Shown: positions 25,118-37,916, counted from the whole stretch's first letter. The stretch is DNA of 63,279 bases, filler included, from Octopus bimaculoides (GCF_001194135.2; 6 parts of 5 records of this genome joined end to end with filler, not necessarily neighbours in it), one strand, 5' to 3'. The notes: generated by a model from the letters alone, not told the origin. Translations and numbers: made by a program.

Positions 25118-25819
25118 TGATGGCAGTATGAAACATTATTGTTTTACAGCCACTTTTCTGTACTGGTGTGGACTGTATGGGTCTGTTTCAACACCTGTCC
25201 ACATGTTGTGCTCCAGCATTATCTACTTAGTGAGGCCCCGTATCTGAGAGAAAGCCCTCAACCCCTTTCTTGCTACCCATGTCATCTTCAGCCTTCCTCT
25301 TCAGCAGTTCTCTTCCACTTGCATCATTTCGTACACAACTGTCCATTCTGTCTTTTTGGAGACAACATTATCACACCCTTTACTTCCAGGCACCCCTATA
25401 AATGATGGGTCTGAGCAAGAACATTATAACTTAGTGTGCATGGGCGACAGAGTGCAAAGTCAATCTGTGCCAACCAGCTTCACTCTGCATGCTTTAGCTC
25501 TGTTACCATAACAACAGCCCCAATACATTCTGATTAGATTTCCTATTCATCAATAATACAAGTCTACCACAGCCCTCTTGCCTGGTCAGTACATAGCTTT
25601 AATGGAGGCTTTCTACTGTGAATTTCTTACTCACAGTCAGCACTATAGTCAGCTGATTCACAGGCAGCCAAACATGCAACCTGTCCCATGGAAAGGCAAC
25701 TCATGAAACTACATGATTAAGTGCTCGATCTAGGAATTAAGGGCACATCACCAATAGAGCAACACTATGCAGATAACCGACAGGAGGAATTCTGAGAGCC
25801 ATCTCCTCTCCTATACACT

Positions 25820-26060
25820 GCATCTGATTCCTCTAATGCCCAGTATTCCTTTTGTCACACCTGAGTTCTGTCAGTCACATTAAACACCCAACAGACCAGA
25901 TTCGCATCATTTCTTTCCTGCCAATACACATCCTCAGCTTTCACCATCCATGTTTCACTACTATGTATGATCACACTTCGGACACCAGCATCATAGCATC
26001 TACACTTGACAAGGAGAGGCAGAGAGAATCCCTCTGCAGTCAACAGAGGTTAATGTCTCC
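25820..26060 (-). mobile_element. Degenerate RTE-like LINE post-RT fragment
   Basis: RCYDAGVRSVIIHSSETWMVKAEDVYWQERNDANLVCW. Confidence 0.65.
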
Positions 26061-26219
26061 CTGGAAAATTTCCAACCATCCTTATTCTGGTAACAATGCT
26101 TTCATAACACTCACCTCCACTGTTGATTTGATCAATTAGTTACTAATTACTTCTTATGAGCTTTCTGGGTAATTGAATACTAATAGTCACATTGAGAACA
26201 CGATGACCTCTTTTGTGCT

Positions 26220-26595
26220 GGTGTTGCAATGGCCCAGTGGTTAAGGCAGCGGACTTGCAGTCATAGGATTGCGGTTTCGATTCCCATACTGGGCATTGTG
26301 AGTGTTTATTGAGCGAAAACACCTAAAGTTCCACGAGGCTCTGGCAGAGGTGGTGGCGAACCCTGCTGTACTCTTTCACCACAACTTTCTCTCACTCTTA
26401 CTTCCTGTTTCTGTTGTGCCTGTAATTCAAAGGGCCAGCCTTGCCACACTGTGTCACACTGAATCTCCTCGAGAATTACGTTAAAGGTACACGTGTCTGT
26501 GGAGTGCTCAGCCACTTGCACATTAATTTCACGAGCAGGCTGTTTCGTTGATCGGATCAACTGGAACCCTCGTCGTCATAACCGATGGAGTGCCA
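26220..26595 (+). mobile_element. Second tRNA-derived SINE family
   Basis: tggcccagtggttaaggcagcggac...ggtttcgattccc head. An inverted copy lies at ~36950-37331. Confidence 0.8.
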
Positions 26596-27954
26596 ACCAT
26601 TGCAAAAAAATGCATTCAATACATTCTGCAAAGTGTAAGGAAATGAGGTGCTTTTAGTCTTGTCCAGGACATGGCGACCTCTCTGGTGTTGATGCCATGA
26701 AAAAGTATCCAGTACACTCTGTAAAGGAGGTTGGTGTTAGAAAGGACATCCAGCAGTAGAAACTCAGCCAAAAATGAAACAAACAGACTGCAGGCCTTCT
26801 AATCCATTTCAAGTAGGTACCACCAAATATGTATTGACTGTCTGTGGCAACCCAACCAGCTCAGGCTAGCAAAGAAAGCATCCCACTGTGTGGAACCTTG
26901 GGCAAGTGTCTTCTACTATAGCCTCGGGCCGACCAAAGCGTTGCGAGTGGATTTGATTGACGGAAACTGAAAGTAGCCCATCGTGTGTGTATGTGTGGGT
27001 TTGTCCCCACCACCATTGCTTGACAACTGTACTTGTAACTTAGCAGTTCAGCAAAAGAACCAATAGAATAAATACTAGTCTTACAAAGAATAAGCCCTGG
27101 AGTCGAATTGCTTGACCAAAGGCGGTGCCGTAGCATGGCGACAGTCAAATGACAAACAAGTAAAAGGATAAAAGAATACCTGTAACTTACCTGGTATGTT
27201 TGGTGATTCAACTGAAAGACACAGGCTCTCAGAAGCTGCCACATTCTTCAGTACTTGATGTAAGTATTACAAGAGAGTTGAAACATTTGGAGTATATGAG
27301 GAATCTGAAAGGAAATCAAAATAGTAAAATGGTAAGTGTTTAAAATATATCATCATCATCATCATCATCATTTCATATCCACTTTTCTATGCTTTCATGG
27401 ATCAGATGGAATCTGTTGAGACAGATTTTCTATGGCTGGATGCCCGCCTTGTTGCCAACCCTCACCTGTTTCCAAACAAGGAAATATTTTCCCATGGCTG
27501 GGCATGTATTTTACCGTATCAGGACAATTACCCCCTACCTCAGGACAATCCCCCCTCCCCGATGACCACTACCTCCTAGAACAATTACCCCACTTGGTTA
27601 ATTATCCCCTCTCCAATATATTAAGAAGTTTTAAATCATCATCTGTTATCCTCAGAGGTAATTGTCTTTGGGGGGGTAAATCTCCTAGACTTGTATTTTA
27701 CAGAAGTATAGTAATTAACAACCTCACTCATATGACAATCATGCACATCTACGACCATCATACGATGTCTACACAAACACACACGCACAAACAATATATG
27801 TATGTATATATGTACACAATAGTACACACACACACATATACATATATGTACATATATGGTTCAAAATTGTACAAAAAACAAAAGACAGAGACAAGTGAAG
27901 GAGCAACAAACAAGGTGTATTACTTTGACACCCAGGAAAAATGGAAGAGAAAAT

Positions 27955-28565
27955 AGATGGAGAGTGGGGAAGAAAACGTGTCTGGATTAGCAGTTGCATG
28001 TGTTGAATTGTATCTCACAGAGGTGATGACTAGTGACCGAGACCTTTGGAGATATGCTGTGCTTGAGAAGACCTGGCAAGCCAAGTGAGACCGTAAGCCG
28101 TGACCTCTGCCAGTGGTGTATAACCAGCCCACTTATGAGTACCCTTCATTCATTGGACAATAAACTTTGCTTGCGAAAACCTGTTGAGGCAAGTGAAATC
28201 AAAATCGCTGACATGGCCAATGACAGTACCACCTGATTGGCACTTGTGCCGGTGGAACATTAAAAGCACCATCCGAGCGTGATTGATGCCAGGGTCACTG
28301 ACTGGTTCCTCTGCCGGTGGCATGTAAAAAAACACCTTTTAAGCATGATCATTGCCAGTACTGTCTGACTGGCCCTCATGCCAGTGGCATGTAAAAGCAC
28401 CCACTACACTCTCTGAGTGGTTGGCATTAGGAAAGGCATCCGGCTGTAGAAACCTTGTTAGATCAGACTGGAGCCTGGTGCAGCCTCCTGGCTTGTCAGT
28501 GCTCAGTCAAACCGTCCAACCCATGCCAGCATGGAAAACGGACATTAAACAACGACGATGGTGAT
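27955..28565 (+). mobile_element. RTE LINE 3' end plus tail repeat
   Basis: End of ORF (DRDLWRYAVLEKTWQAK*) followed by the shared 3' tail. Confidence 0.65.
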
Positions 28566-29686
28566 GTATATACATACACACACACAATGGCTTTCATTCA
28601 GTTTCTGTCTGTCAACTCCACTCCTCAAGTTGAAGATGCCTGGCCATTATAACAGACCATGGCCGACAACAGAGGCCATTTTCTTTTTTTAGATATGTAG
28701 TTCACTTACAGCAGACCATCAAATTTTTAATGAAATACTGAATAATAAATTGAACCTCATCTCCACAATCCTACAGGTGGTCTCTCATTAGGAAATTGAC
28801 CCAACAAAGTACTTGAACTTAAAATATTATGGCATACTCATAAGGAAAGATGGAGAACTGATGTTAAAGATTCCTGGTTTACAGAATAGGTGTACCATAT
28901 TCTTATGTGTCTCAAGAAGCAACCAAAAAGCTTGGTATCTGGAAAGGCAACCCATAAAGCTAAATGATTAAGTTTAATTAATTATAAACATTTTTCCAAA
29001 ATCTTAAACTGTGAGATAGCATTTTTTTAATATCTTAAACTGTGAGATAGCATAGTTTTTAATGTCTTACAGCCTTCTCTATCTATTTCCATCTCTACTT
29101 TATTTCCAAATAGTTAAATTCTTTGCTGGAACCTCCACTGTTTCTGTGATGGTCCATATTAACAACAAGAATAAAAAAGAATATCATTTCCGATCTCTGT
29201 ATGTCTGTAGTTGTGTATTTATATAAGGCTATTAGTACTGCAGCGTGGAAGTTGTTTATAAGCCATTTAAAAACACACAAAAACCATTAGATTCACTTCA
29301 ACATTTAAATTTAATTTGTCAAAATATTTTCGTCGCTTTGAGACCATGACCTGTTCACTGACAAAATTCCGTGCTGCATCTAAATACTATTAATATTAAA
29401 ATGTACAAGAAATAAGTTACACAGGGGATGTATTGGAAAATTTACGGTTGATTCTAATACATATAACTAACAATTTTATGATTCCTTTAAAACAAACACT
29501 CTAAACATTAGAGATTCTGAGTCTCCAGTTTTTTTAATAACAAACTATCAATCAAAACACATATTATACAAAAAATATATTAATACACAGACATGTAAAT
29601 GAAATATATTTCTATACAAAACAAAATATTTCATACACATTTATTATACAAAATAATATATTTATGCACTTTAACCAACAAAGTTG

Positions 29687-29805
29687 GCTTATGGCCATAT
29701 CACATTGAGAGCACCGGTTCTTGTCCAATCACCGAAGTTAAGCGACGTTGAGCCTGGTGAGTACTTAGATGGGTGACTGCTTGGGAAATCTAGGTGCTGT
29801 AAGCG
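29687..29805 (+). pseudogene. RNA5S: 5S rRNA pseudogene, 119 nt
   Basis: gcttatggccatatcacattgagagcaccggttcttgtccaatcaccgaagttaagc...gtacttagatgggtgactgcttgggaaatctaggtgctgtaagc. The terminal helix still pairs and a T7 run follows at 29812-29818. Many CG>TG/CA changes versus the metazoan 5S consensus. Confidence 0.9.
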
Positions 29806-30263
29806 TCACACTTTTTTTAAAGGTGGTGCTCCAGCATGGCCGCAGTCAAAATGACTGAAAAGAGTAAAAGAGTTTAACACTTTCTCTGTGAAGTACACAT
29901 GTACACCTAATGCGCGCACACACACACACAGAAAACAAAGTTTATTTTCCCAGCAAGGTGATGAGCATTTAAGAAAGGATTTGAGGATAATGTGAAATGA
30001 TAAGGATGAGGATGAAATCACTTCAAATTACCCTCCCCTAATCTGAAGATGATTTCAAGTTACTGGAAGATCAGCTGAAAGAGGGGAGAGAGCAGGTTAT
30101 CTCAAATCACTACACTGACATAATTTGACAAAACAGAAAGAAATAAGAAATTCAGCAGTGAATTTGTTGGTATGCCTGCTTGGTATGTTAATACAGCCCA
30201 CATCATCCTTGCTATTTCTAGCTTAAGGAACAACCACATAGAAGATGGACTACCTTTGAATTT

Positions 30264-30539
30264 ACAGTTCTATATTCAAGAGATGAGGAATTATGTACAT
30301 TATTTACATTTGACGGATATTTGTCCTCATCTTGTTTGTTGTTAACACATTTCGGTTGATATACCCTCCAGCCTTCATCAGGTGTCTTGGGGAAATTTCG
30401 AACCTGGGTTCTCATCCCTAAGTTATTTTTCCATCTTATTATTATTAATTATTATTATTATTATTATAATTCAGGTCACTGCCTGGAATCAAACTCAGAA
30501 TCTTGGAGTTAGTAGCCTGTACTCTTAACCACCTTGCCC
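30264..30539 (-). mobile_element. tRNA-headed hammerhead SINE, head-to-head partner 1
   Basis: Same family as 13651-13892 and 52313-52594. Confidence 0.8.
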
Positions 30540-30541
30540 AC

Positions 30542-30756
30542 GGGCATATGGTATAGTGGTTAAGAGCGCGGGCTACTAACCCCAGGCAGTGACCCGAATA
30601 ATAATAATAATAACAATAATAATATCGAAAAATACCTTAGGAATGAGAACCCAGGTTTTAAATTTCCCCAAGACACCTGATGAAGGCTGGAGGGTATATC
30701 AGCTGAAACGTTTTAACAACAAACAAGATGAGGACAAATATCCATCAAATATAAAT
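30542..30756 (+). mobile_element. tRNA-headed hammerhead SINE, head-to-head partner 2
   Basis: gggcatatggtatagtggttaagagcgcgggctactaac (B-box region deleted)...gacacCTGATGAaggctggagggtatatcagctGAAACGTTttaac. Confidence 0.8.
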
Positions 30757-31012
30757 GCAGCCTGTCCCATGGAAAGGCAACCCATAAAGCTAAGTTTAAT
30801 TAATTGCGAACATTTTTTCAAAATCTTAAACTGTGCAATACCATTTTTTAAATGTCTTACAGACTTCTTTATCCATTTCCATTTCTACTTCATTGGAAAC
30901 ACGACCATGTTCTTCTTTATTAGGAAGTCCACATTGCAGTGGCAAAGGGGTTAGGGAACTATGTGAACAAGCCCTTCTTGATCCTCTCTAATATAGCCAC
31001 GTGAGAGAGAGG

Positions 31013-31086
<74 letters not shown>

Positions 31087-31107
31087 AAGATAGAGAGAGA
31101 GAAAGAT

Positions 31108-31140
<33 letters not shown>

Positions 31141-31309
31141 AAAAGACAGAGATGAACTCCAATATTTGAGTGGTACTTTATCAATTCCAAAAGATGTCCA
31201 TGATGAGATTTGAACTAAGAGCGTAGTGTATCAGGACAAACACAACACAAATTATTCCAACAACCCAATCAAACAGCTGGTAACAAAAATGTCAATGGTG
31301 AAGATGAAG

Positions 31310-31628
31310 GAATGGTTTTGATTTGATCCTTGTGAGAGCTGTGCGAGCCATGTACAGAGATGCTGCCAGTAAGGTGAGGGTTGGAAATGAGTACAGCAAT
31401 GAATTCCGGGAAGAGGTAGGGGTCCACCAAGGTTCCGTCCTCAGCCCCCTCTTATTTATCATAGTCCTCCAGGCAATCACAGAGGAGTTCAAGACAGGTT
31501 GCCCCTGGGAGCTCCTCTATGCTGATGACCTTGCCCTAATTGCAGAGTCACTATCAGAACTAGAGGAGAAGTTTCAGGTGTGGAAGCAAGGTCTAGAATT
31601 GAAGGGCCTTAGAGTCAACCCAGCTAAA
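31310..31628 (+). mobile_element. RTE-clade reverse transcriptase fragment
   Basis: GVHQGSVLSPLLFIIVL...ELLYADDLALIAES...GLRVNPAK. Ends at an N gap. Confidence 0.9.
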
Positions 31629-31728
31629 NNNNNNNNNNNNNNNNNNNNNNNNNNNNNNNNNNNNNNNNNNNNTTAATTAATTAANNNNNNNNNNNNNNNN
31701 NNNNNNNNNNNNNNNNNNNNNNNNNNNN

Positions 31729-32068
31729 AATATAAAATTTACGCTGCATTAAATGAAAAATAAAAATTTTACAACAGTATATACGCATACTAGACTATCT
31801 AAAACATACATATATACACCAAAATACACAGATACATACGCACAGACAATATACGTATACGTTTTTTAAAATTTATATTAGTTTTAGATTACGTCGTCAT
31901 TTCTCTCCCATTTTTAACAAAACTGTCCGAAGAACGGGAACGTGAAACTCTGAGTAACAGCATTTTGTTATATTTCTGCTGCTTTTAAATAAAGCATATT
32001 ACTCTACCTCTGGTATTTGAGTACTCTTTTCTCCACCTTGTTTCACATTTATGTGTTTACTCCGGTCT
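31729..32068 (+). repeat. Left arm of a 340-bp near-identical inverted repeat
   Basis: Reverse complement of 34972-35311 with about 4 mismatches by eye. Confidence 0.9.
31923..31960 (+). ncRNA. Minimal type-I hammerhead ribozyme motif (U4C variant)
   Basis: CUGU CCGAAGA ACG GGAA CGU GAAA CUC U GAG UA ACAG. All three stems pair; predicted cleavage after GUA at 31956. Confidence 0.7.
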
Positions 32069-32371
32069 GTCTGTTTCTATCTGTCTGTCTCTTTCTATCT
32101 ATCTATCTATCTATTTATCTATCTCACACACACACACACACACACACACATACATACACACATCTCTTATTCCTCAAAAAAATCTGCTGAAGTCATATGC
32201 AGAGCGAGATGGGCTTCGCCAGATTTCAAAATGATGTAAGACATGCTGTATGCGACGTCAGTCGGCGCCCCTACGACCCCATTATTAGTTGAGCACACAA
32301 TGCCTATAACAAGATAAGAGTTCATCCGATATGATAACCATTTCAATCTTAACCGTCGATGATGTTCTTAG

Positions 32372-32544
32372 GTTACACAGACAACAGATGGAAGAGGAAC
32401 GACGACGAACGGAAGCAGAAGCGGAGGAATTGGAGCGGCGGAGGCTTCAAGAAGCAGAAGCAGAAAAGAAGAGGAAGGAGGAATATGCCAGGAAGATTCT
32501 TCAGTTGAAAATGAAACAAATAGACGAAGAACGACGCCGTCAGG
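32372..32544 (+). CDS. KIAA2012: KIAA2012/DUF4670-like protein, third-last coding exon
   Basis: ttcttag| acceptor and cagg|gtacgt donor (phase 1). Reads LHRQQMEEERRRTEAEAEELERRRLQEAEAEKKRKEEYARKILQLKMKQIDEERRRQ; phase matches the next exon. Confidence 0.7.
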
Positions 32545-32675
32545 GTACGTAACAACTATTTACTTAGGTACCTACCTGTATAACTACTTAGGTACTTTCC
32601 TGCCTACTGACATGTTAGTTATCAAGCAAGATAGACGGACAGATGTCGGTGTGTCTCTATCTATCTATCTATCTT

Positions 32676-32724
<49 letters not shown>

Positions 32725-34003
32725 NNNNNNNNNNNNNNNNNNNNNNNNNNNNNNNNNNNNNNNNNNNNNNNNNNNNNNNNNNNNNNNNNNNNNNNNNNNN
32801 NNNNNNNNNNNNNNNNNNNNNNNNNNNNNNNNNNNNNNNNNNNNNNNNNNNNNNNNNNNNNNNNNNNNNNNNNNNNNNNNNNNNNNNNNNNNNNNNNNNN
32901 NNNNNNNNNNNNNNNNNTATATATATATTGTTGTATTTGGGGATGGTCATGTTGCTAGTTTAGCCAATAAAAACACGCGCACTGTATATTTGGTGTTAAT
33001 TTGCTTCAGCTTTATATTACATTACATTACATTTATCATATTTTGGCCAGAGTTCTTTCATCACACTTCTGTGACCTCATCAGTGGTCCTTTGCTTTCTT
33101 CTTTCTTATATGTGTGTCCCTCCTTGCTAACGATAAGCCATTTTGTATTTTATTGGCTAAACTGGCAACATAACCATCCCCAAATACAACAATATCTGTT
33201 TCAACAAACGATTTCACATCAAAAATCTTGCAAAACAAATATATATATATATCACAATTCTATATTGTAAATCTGTGGATGAGCTTCAGATAAAATGGTT
33301 CTTACAGAGAGATATATGAGAAACAAGTTAAAATAATGGTCTTTACATATAATTCTTTTGGCTTACAGCTGTTTCCAGTAATCGTTATAGGTACATTATT
33401 GATAGGTTTACTCAATTGATATCTATTGGTCAATCGAGGTAAATTGAACGACCCAAGAAAATTAATGCTACTTTCGTCAGAGCCATTTCCGGAAATAACG
33501 AGCAGAGCATTTGAGGCATGGCTATTGTGTGGAGAAAGTGGGAGACGATTGGAATGTTAAAGTTGAATGTAGAACGGGGGAAGGCAGGTTGCAAGGGGCT
33601 GATTTAGTAGATTTTTAAACAGGGCTAATTTAGCTATTTCTCCAGAGACTGAAAAAGAAAGGGGATGAATCATGTGGTCGGGAAGCAAGCGTCTCCATCA
33701 ATTTGACCTGTCGCAGAGAAACAAGATGCGAATCTGTTTATATACTCAACAATTACAATAACTACAGAAAACCGAAGATATTAATTTGCGTACCGTTTTA
33801 ACTCTTCATTTTTGAATATCAGGGGCCTGTCGATGGAGATCTCAGTCCACACTGTATCAAGGTATTATATAATATATGAGACCTAAATAGTCCTCATATA
33901 AACAGGCCTAATTAAACTGTCTCCAGAGATTGAAAAAAATAATAATGAACACCTTAATCGATTTTCGTTTCTTATTGGACTCTTATCAGGGGTGTCTACA
34001 TCA

Positions 34004-34034
<31 letters not shown>

Positions 34035-34220
34035 CATAACACGCGCGCGCGCACACATGTCATACTCAAATACTCAGGCACACATACACACACACACAGA
34101 ACAAATAATGGGGTCGTTCAATTTACCAACTGAGTAAACCTATCTATAATGACTATTAAAAACAGCTGTAAGCCAAATTTGGTTTAATAAAGGAATTATA
34201 TGCTATGATCATTATTTTTA

Positions 34221-34297
<77 letters not shown>

Positions 34298-34971
34298 TTC
34301 TCCCTCTCTCTCTCTCTCTCTCTTAACATCGAGCAAGAAAAAGGAACTCAAGAGATTCTCTATTAATCACTACGATCGCTTCGACCCATCTTGCATTGGT
34401 TTCTCGCGGGTGAGGTTCTGCATCATTCGGTGTAGATGTGTTTGTTCATGTGATTTGTCAAAAGGTAATTCGTTCTTTAATATCTGATTCGCTTATTTCG
34501 ATTGGAATACAGTCTGGTATTTGGCTGTAGTAACTTGCATGCAGGAGAAAATATTAGTGAGAATGAAGAACTATTCTCTAATAATAATAATAATAATAAT
34601 AATAAATGGATTTAATAATAAATTAAAAATGGATATAATAATTAATTAATAAATATAAGTAATAGTGAATATATACTTAGGTGCAGATGTGGCTGTGTAG
34701 TAAGAAGCTTGCTTTCCGACCACATGGTTCGAGGTTCAAACCCACTGCCTTGTGAGTGGATTTTATAGCAGAAACTGAAAGAATCCCGTCGTATATATGT
34801 ACATATATGTGTGCGTGTGTGTATTTATTTTTGTGCCTGTGTTTGTTCCACACTACCGCTTGATAACCAGTGCTGGTGTGTTTATGTCCCCGTAACTTAG
34901 CGGTTCGGCAAACAGAGTCCGAGTGAAAAACCGAAGTACTGGGGTCGATTCATTCGCCAACAATTTCTTCG

Positions 34972-35311
34972 AGACCGGAGTAAACACATAAATGTGAAAC
35001 AAGGTGGAGAAAAGAGTACTCAAATATCAGAGGTAGAGTAATATGCTTTATTTAAAAGCAGCAGAAATATAACAAAATGCTGTTACTCAGAGTTTCACGT
35101 TCCCGTTCATCGGACAGTTTTGTTTAAAATGGGAGAGAAATGACGACGCAATCTAAAACTAATATAAATTTTAAAAAACGTATACGTATATTGTCTGTGC
35201 GTATGTATCTGTGTATTTTGGTGTATATATGTATGTTTTAGATAGTCTAGTATGCGTATATACTGTTGTAAAATTTTTATTTTTCATTTAATGCAGCGTA
35301 AATTTTATATT
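34972..35311 (-). repeat. Right arm of the 340-bp inverted repeat
   Basis: See 31729-32068. Confidence 0.9.
35080..35117 (-). ncRNA. Second copy of the minimal hammerhead (core CCGAUGA)
   Basis: Minus strand reads CUGU CCGAUGA ACG GGAA CGU GAAA CUC U GAG UA ACAG. Confidence 0.7.
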
Positions 35312-35570
35312 TTAATTTTGATGTGTTAATTGAGCGATAATTCGAATATAATTATTTACAATATGTATTTTGAACCCATTTTTCATGTCCCAGCATGGCC
35401 GCAGTAAAAAGACTGAAACAAGCAGAAGATAAAAGAATACGTATGTCTGTCTGTCTGTCTGTCTGTCTGTATGTATGTATGTATGTATGCGTGTGTGTGT
35501 GCGTGTATACCGACGTATCTATGTTGTATGCACACGTACAGTCATTTACTGAGGTTATCTTCACAAACAG

Positions 35571-35721
35571 AGATGCTAATACTCCAGCGACAGAAAGAGG
35601 AAGAATTTCGCAAAGCTGAGCAAGAGAGATTGGCAGAGATGGCGGTTCAGGAACGTCAAGAATACGAAAGGAAGAAGGCGGAAGAGGAGGAACGACGAAT
35701 TCGTGAAGAGGAAGTGAGACG
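35571..35721 (+). CDS. KIAA2012: KIAA2012-like protein, penultimate exon
   Basis: aaacag| acceptor and cg|gtaaaa donor (phase 2). Reads MLILQRQKEEEFRKAEQERLAEMAVQERQEYERKKAEEEERRIREEEVR, resembling the L-x-EM-A-x-x-ER-x-EY-x-R-x-K segment of KIAA2012 as I recall it. Confidence 0.75.
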
Positions 35722-35765
35722 GTAAAACACACACACACACACGTATATAGATATANNNNNNNNNN

Positions 35766-35808
<43 letters not shown>

Positions 35809-37488
35809 TATATATATACACGTACACCATAGAGTGAGCGAGAGAGATGAGTGTGCGAGAGTATGTTACTTGTATGCATCTAATATAACTTTTTATTTAT
35901 TCAATCAACTTACCTTTCAATGTCCTATAACGTAGGCAAAAACAAGAACATATATAATTTGATGAAGCAAAAGTGGAAAAAAGCAAAGCCAAAGAGTAAA
36001 ACAGAAAAATAAAAGTGTAGCAGAGAAGTAGAATATTATGATCAATAAATGTTTACATATGCACAAACGCACGCTGAAACAGTCATATATACACACTCAT
36101 ATACACGTACACACACACACACACACATACATGTATATATATATATACATATATACACAGGTATGGTTGGTTTTGCTCGACGCACAACAATTAAACGGCA
36201 TAGATTTCGTTCCAAAGGTTCAGCGAATTACGCTCCTACCATCGGTTGTACACACAGAGGTTGTCCGTATCCGGGGTGGGGGGGGGCAATGACAATATAC
36301 AAAGAGCACAGCAATAATAAGAGAAAAGAACAAGCGCATAACCTGACACGCCTTTATAACAGTTGCTACATACGTTTCGGTGTACGGCAACACATGACGT
36401 CAAACTATAGATACAACTAGTATACGCAGCTTAAAGAGTCAGCATGGAATAGACATCGACAGGCGATCGAAAAACAAATACAGAAGACATACGAAAACAA
36501 GTGTAAAAGAAATGCAAAAGAACTACATATTCTTTTGTCGATTGTCTGACGATGTCATTGCTCGACGCTGGCCGTGTAAGTTGTAGGCTTCGTAGTGTTG
36601 CCGGCTTAGTTGGCGGCGGCTCCACCATCTGACAATTTGTACTGGGTTAAATGTTACCAGTAGCACTAAGTGTATAGATATTACACACATACATAGAAAC
36701 ATGCGTACATAAATACAAATATACATACGTACATACGTGCATACATACATAGACATGCATACGAACATACATACGTACATACTACTGAACTTGGGATCTT
36801 GGGGAGAGAATTCAAAGCCTTAATTCATAAGCTACAAATGATGCCATCTTGGATTATAAAAAATCTGCAGGACTTTCATGGGATTTAAAAGATGATGGCT
36901 AAAACAAGATACTAACCTTCACACCCTTGTAGGTGGTCGTACATACATCGTGGCACTCTGTGGGTTACTACGACGAGGGTTCCAGTTGATCCGATCAACG
37001 GAACAGCCTGCTCGTGAAATTAACATACAAGTGGCTGAGCACTCCACAGACACGTGCACCCTTAACGTAGTTCTCGGGGATATTCAGCGTGACACAGAGT
37101 GTGACAAGGCTGGCCTTTTGAAAAATAGGTACAACAGAATCAGAAAAGAAGAGTGAGAGAAAGTTGTGGTGAAAGAGTACAACAGGGGTCGCCGCCACCC
37201 CCTGCCGGAGCCTTGTGGAGCTTTAGGTGTTTTCGCTCAATAAACACTCACAACGCCCGGTCTGGGAATCGAAATCGCGATCCTACGACCGCGAGTTCGC
37301 TGCCCTAACCACTGGTCCATTGCGCCTCCACTCATACATACATACATACATACATACATACCCTGTTGTTGACGTTGAAATTCAGATGAAGGAGCCTTGA
37401 ATTTAGGCTAGAAACCGGCTCTTTCTGTATAGGCAAGAAATCTTGAAATAAAATTGAATAATGACATACATACATACATACATGCATA

Positions 37489-37520
<32 letters not shown>

Positions 37521-37575
37521 CATACATGCATACATACATACATACATACATACATACATACGTACATACATGCAT

Positions 37576-37606
<31 letters not shown>

Positions 37607-37660
37607 TGCATGCATACATAATACGCACGTACGTACGAACATATTCTAATTTCCTTTCAG

Positions 37661-37916
37661 ATTACGAAGAGAGCAAGAAGCGAAAGAGATAATGCAGGAA
37701 GCGATAGAATTGGCCCAAGAAAAAGCCCGTCAGCTGGCAGAATTAGAAGAAAGGTTGCGTTTTACTCAGACCCTTCAAGCCGAATCAATCGGGTTGATGC
37801 AGGGTCAGACTATTACCCGGGCTTTCGTGTTTTCTTATTTCGAATTGTTAAAATTCCTTGGAAAAGAGAATGCGGACAAGCGGGAGATAATCGAAAGGAA
37901 TATTCCAACAACCTAA
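37661..37916 (+). CDS. KIAA2012: KIAA2012-like protein, terminal exon
   Basis: ttcctttcag| acceptor, in phase with the previous exon. Ends AQEKARQLAELEERLRFTQTLQAESIGLMQGQTITRAFVFSYFELLKFLG...TT*, matching the KIAA2012 C-terminal signature (IsRxxVySYF). An AATAAA run follows at ~37927-37966. Confidence 0.75.

Noticed and set aside
31673-31684. ttaattaattaa islands inside N runs (also near 49197, 54822, 57351, 61120)
   Set aside because: An identical 12-mer flanked by Ns each time is an assembly gap marker, not biology.
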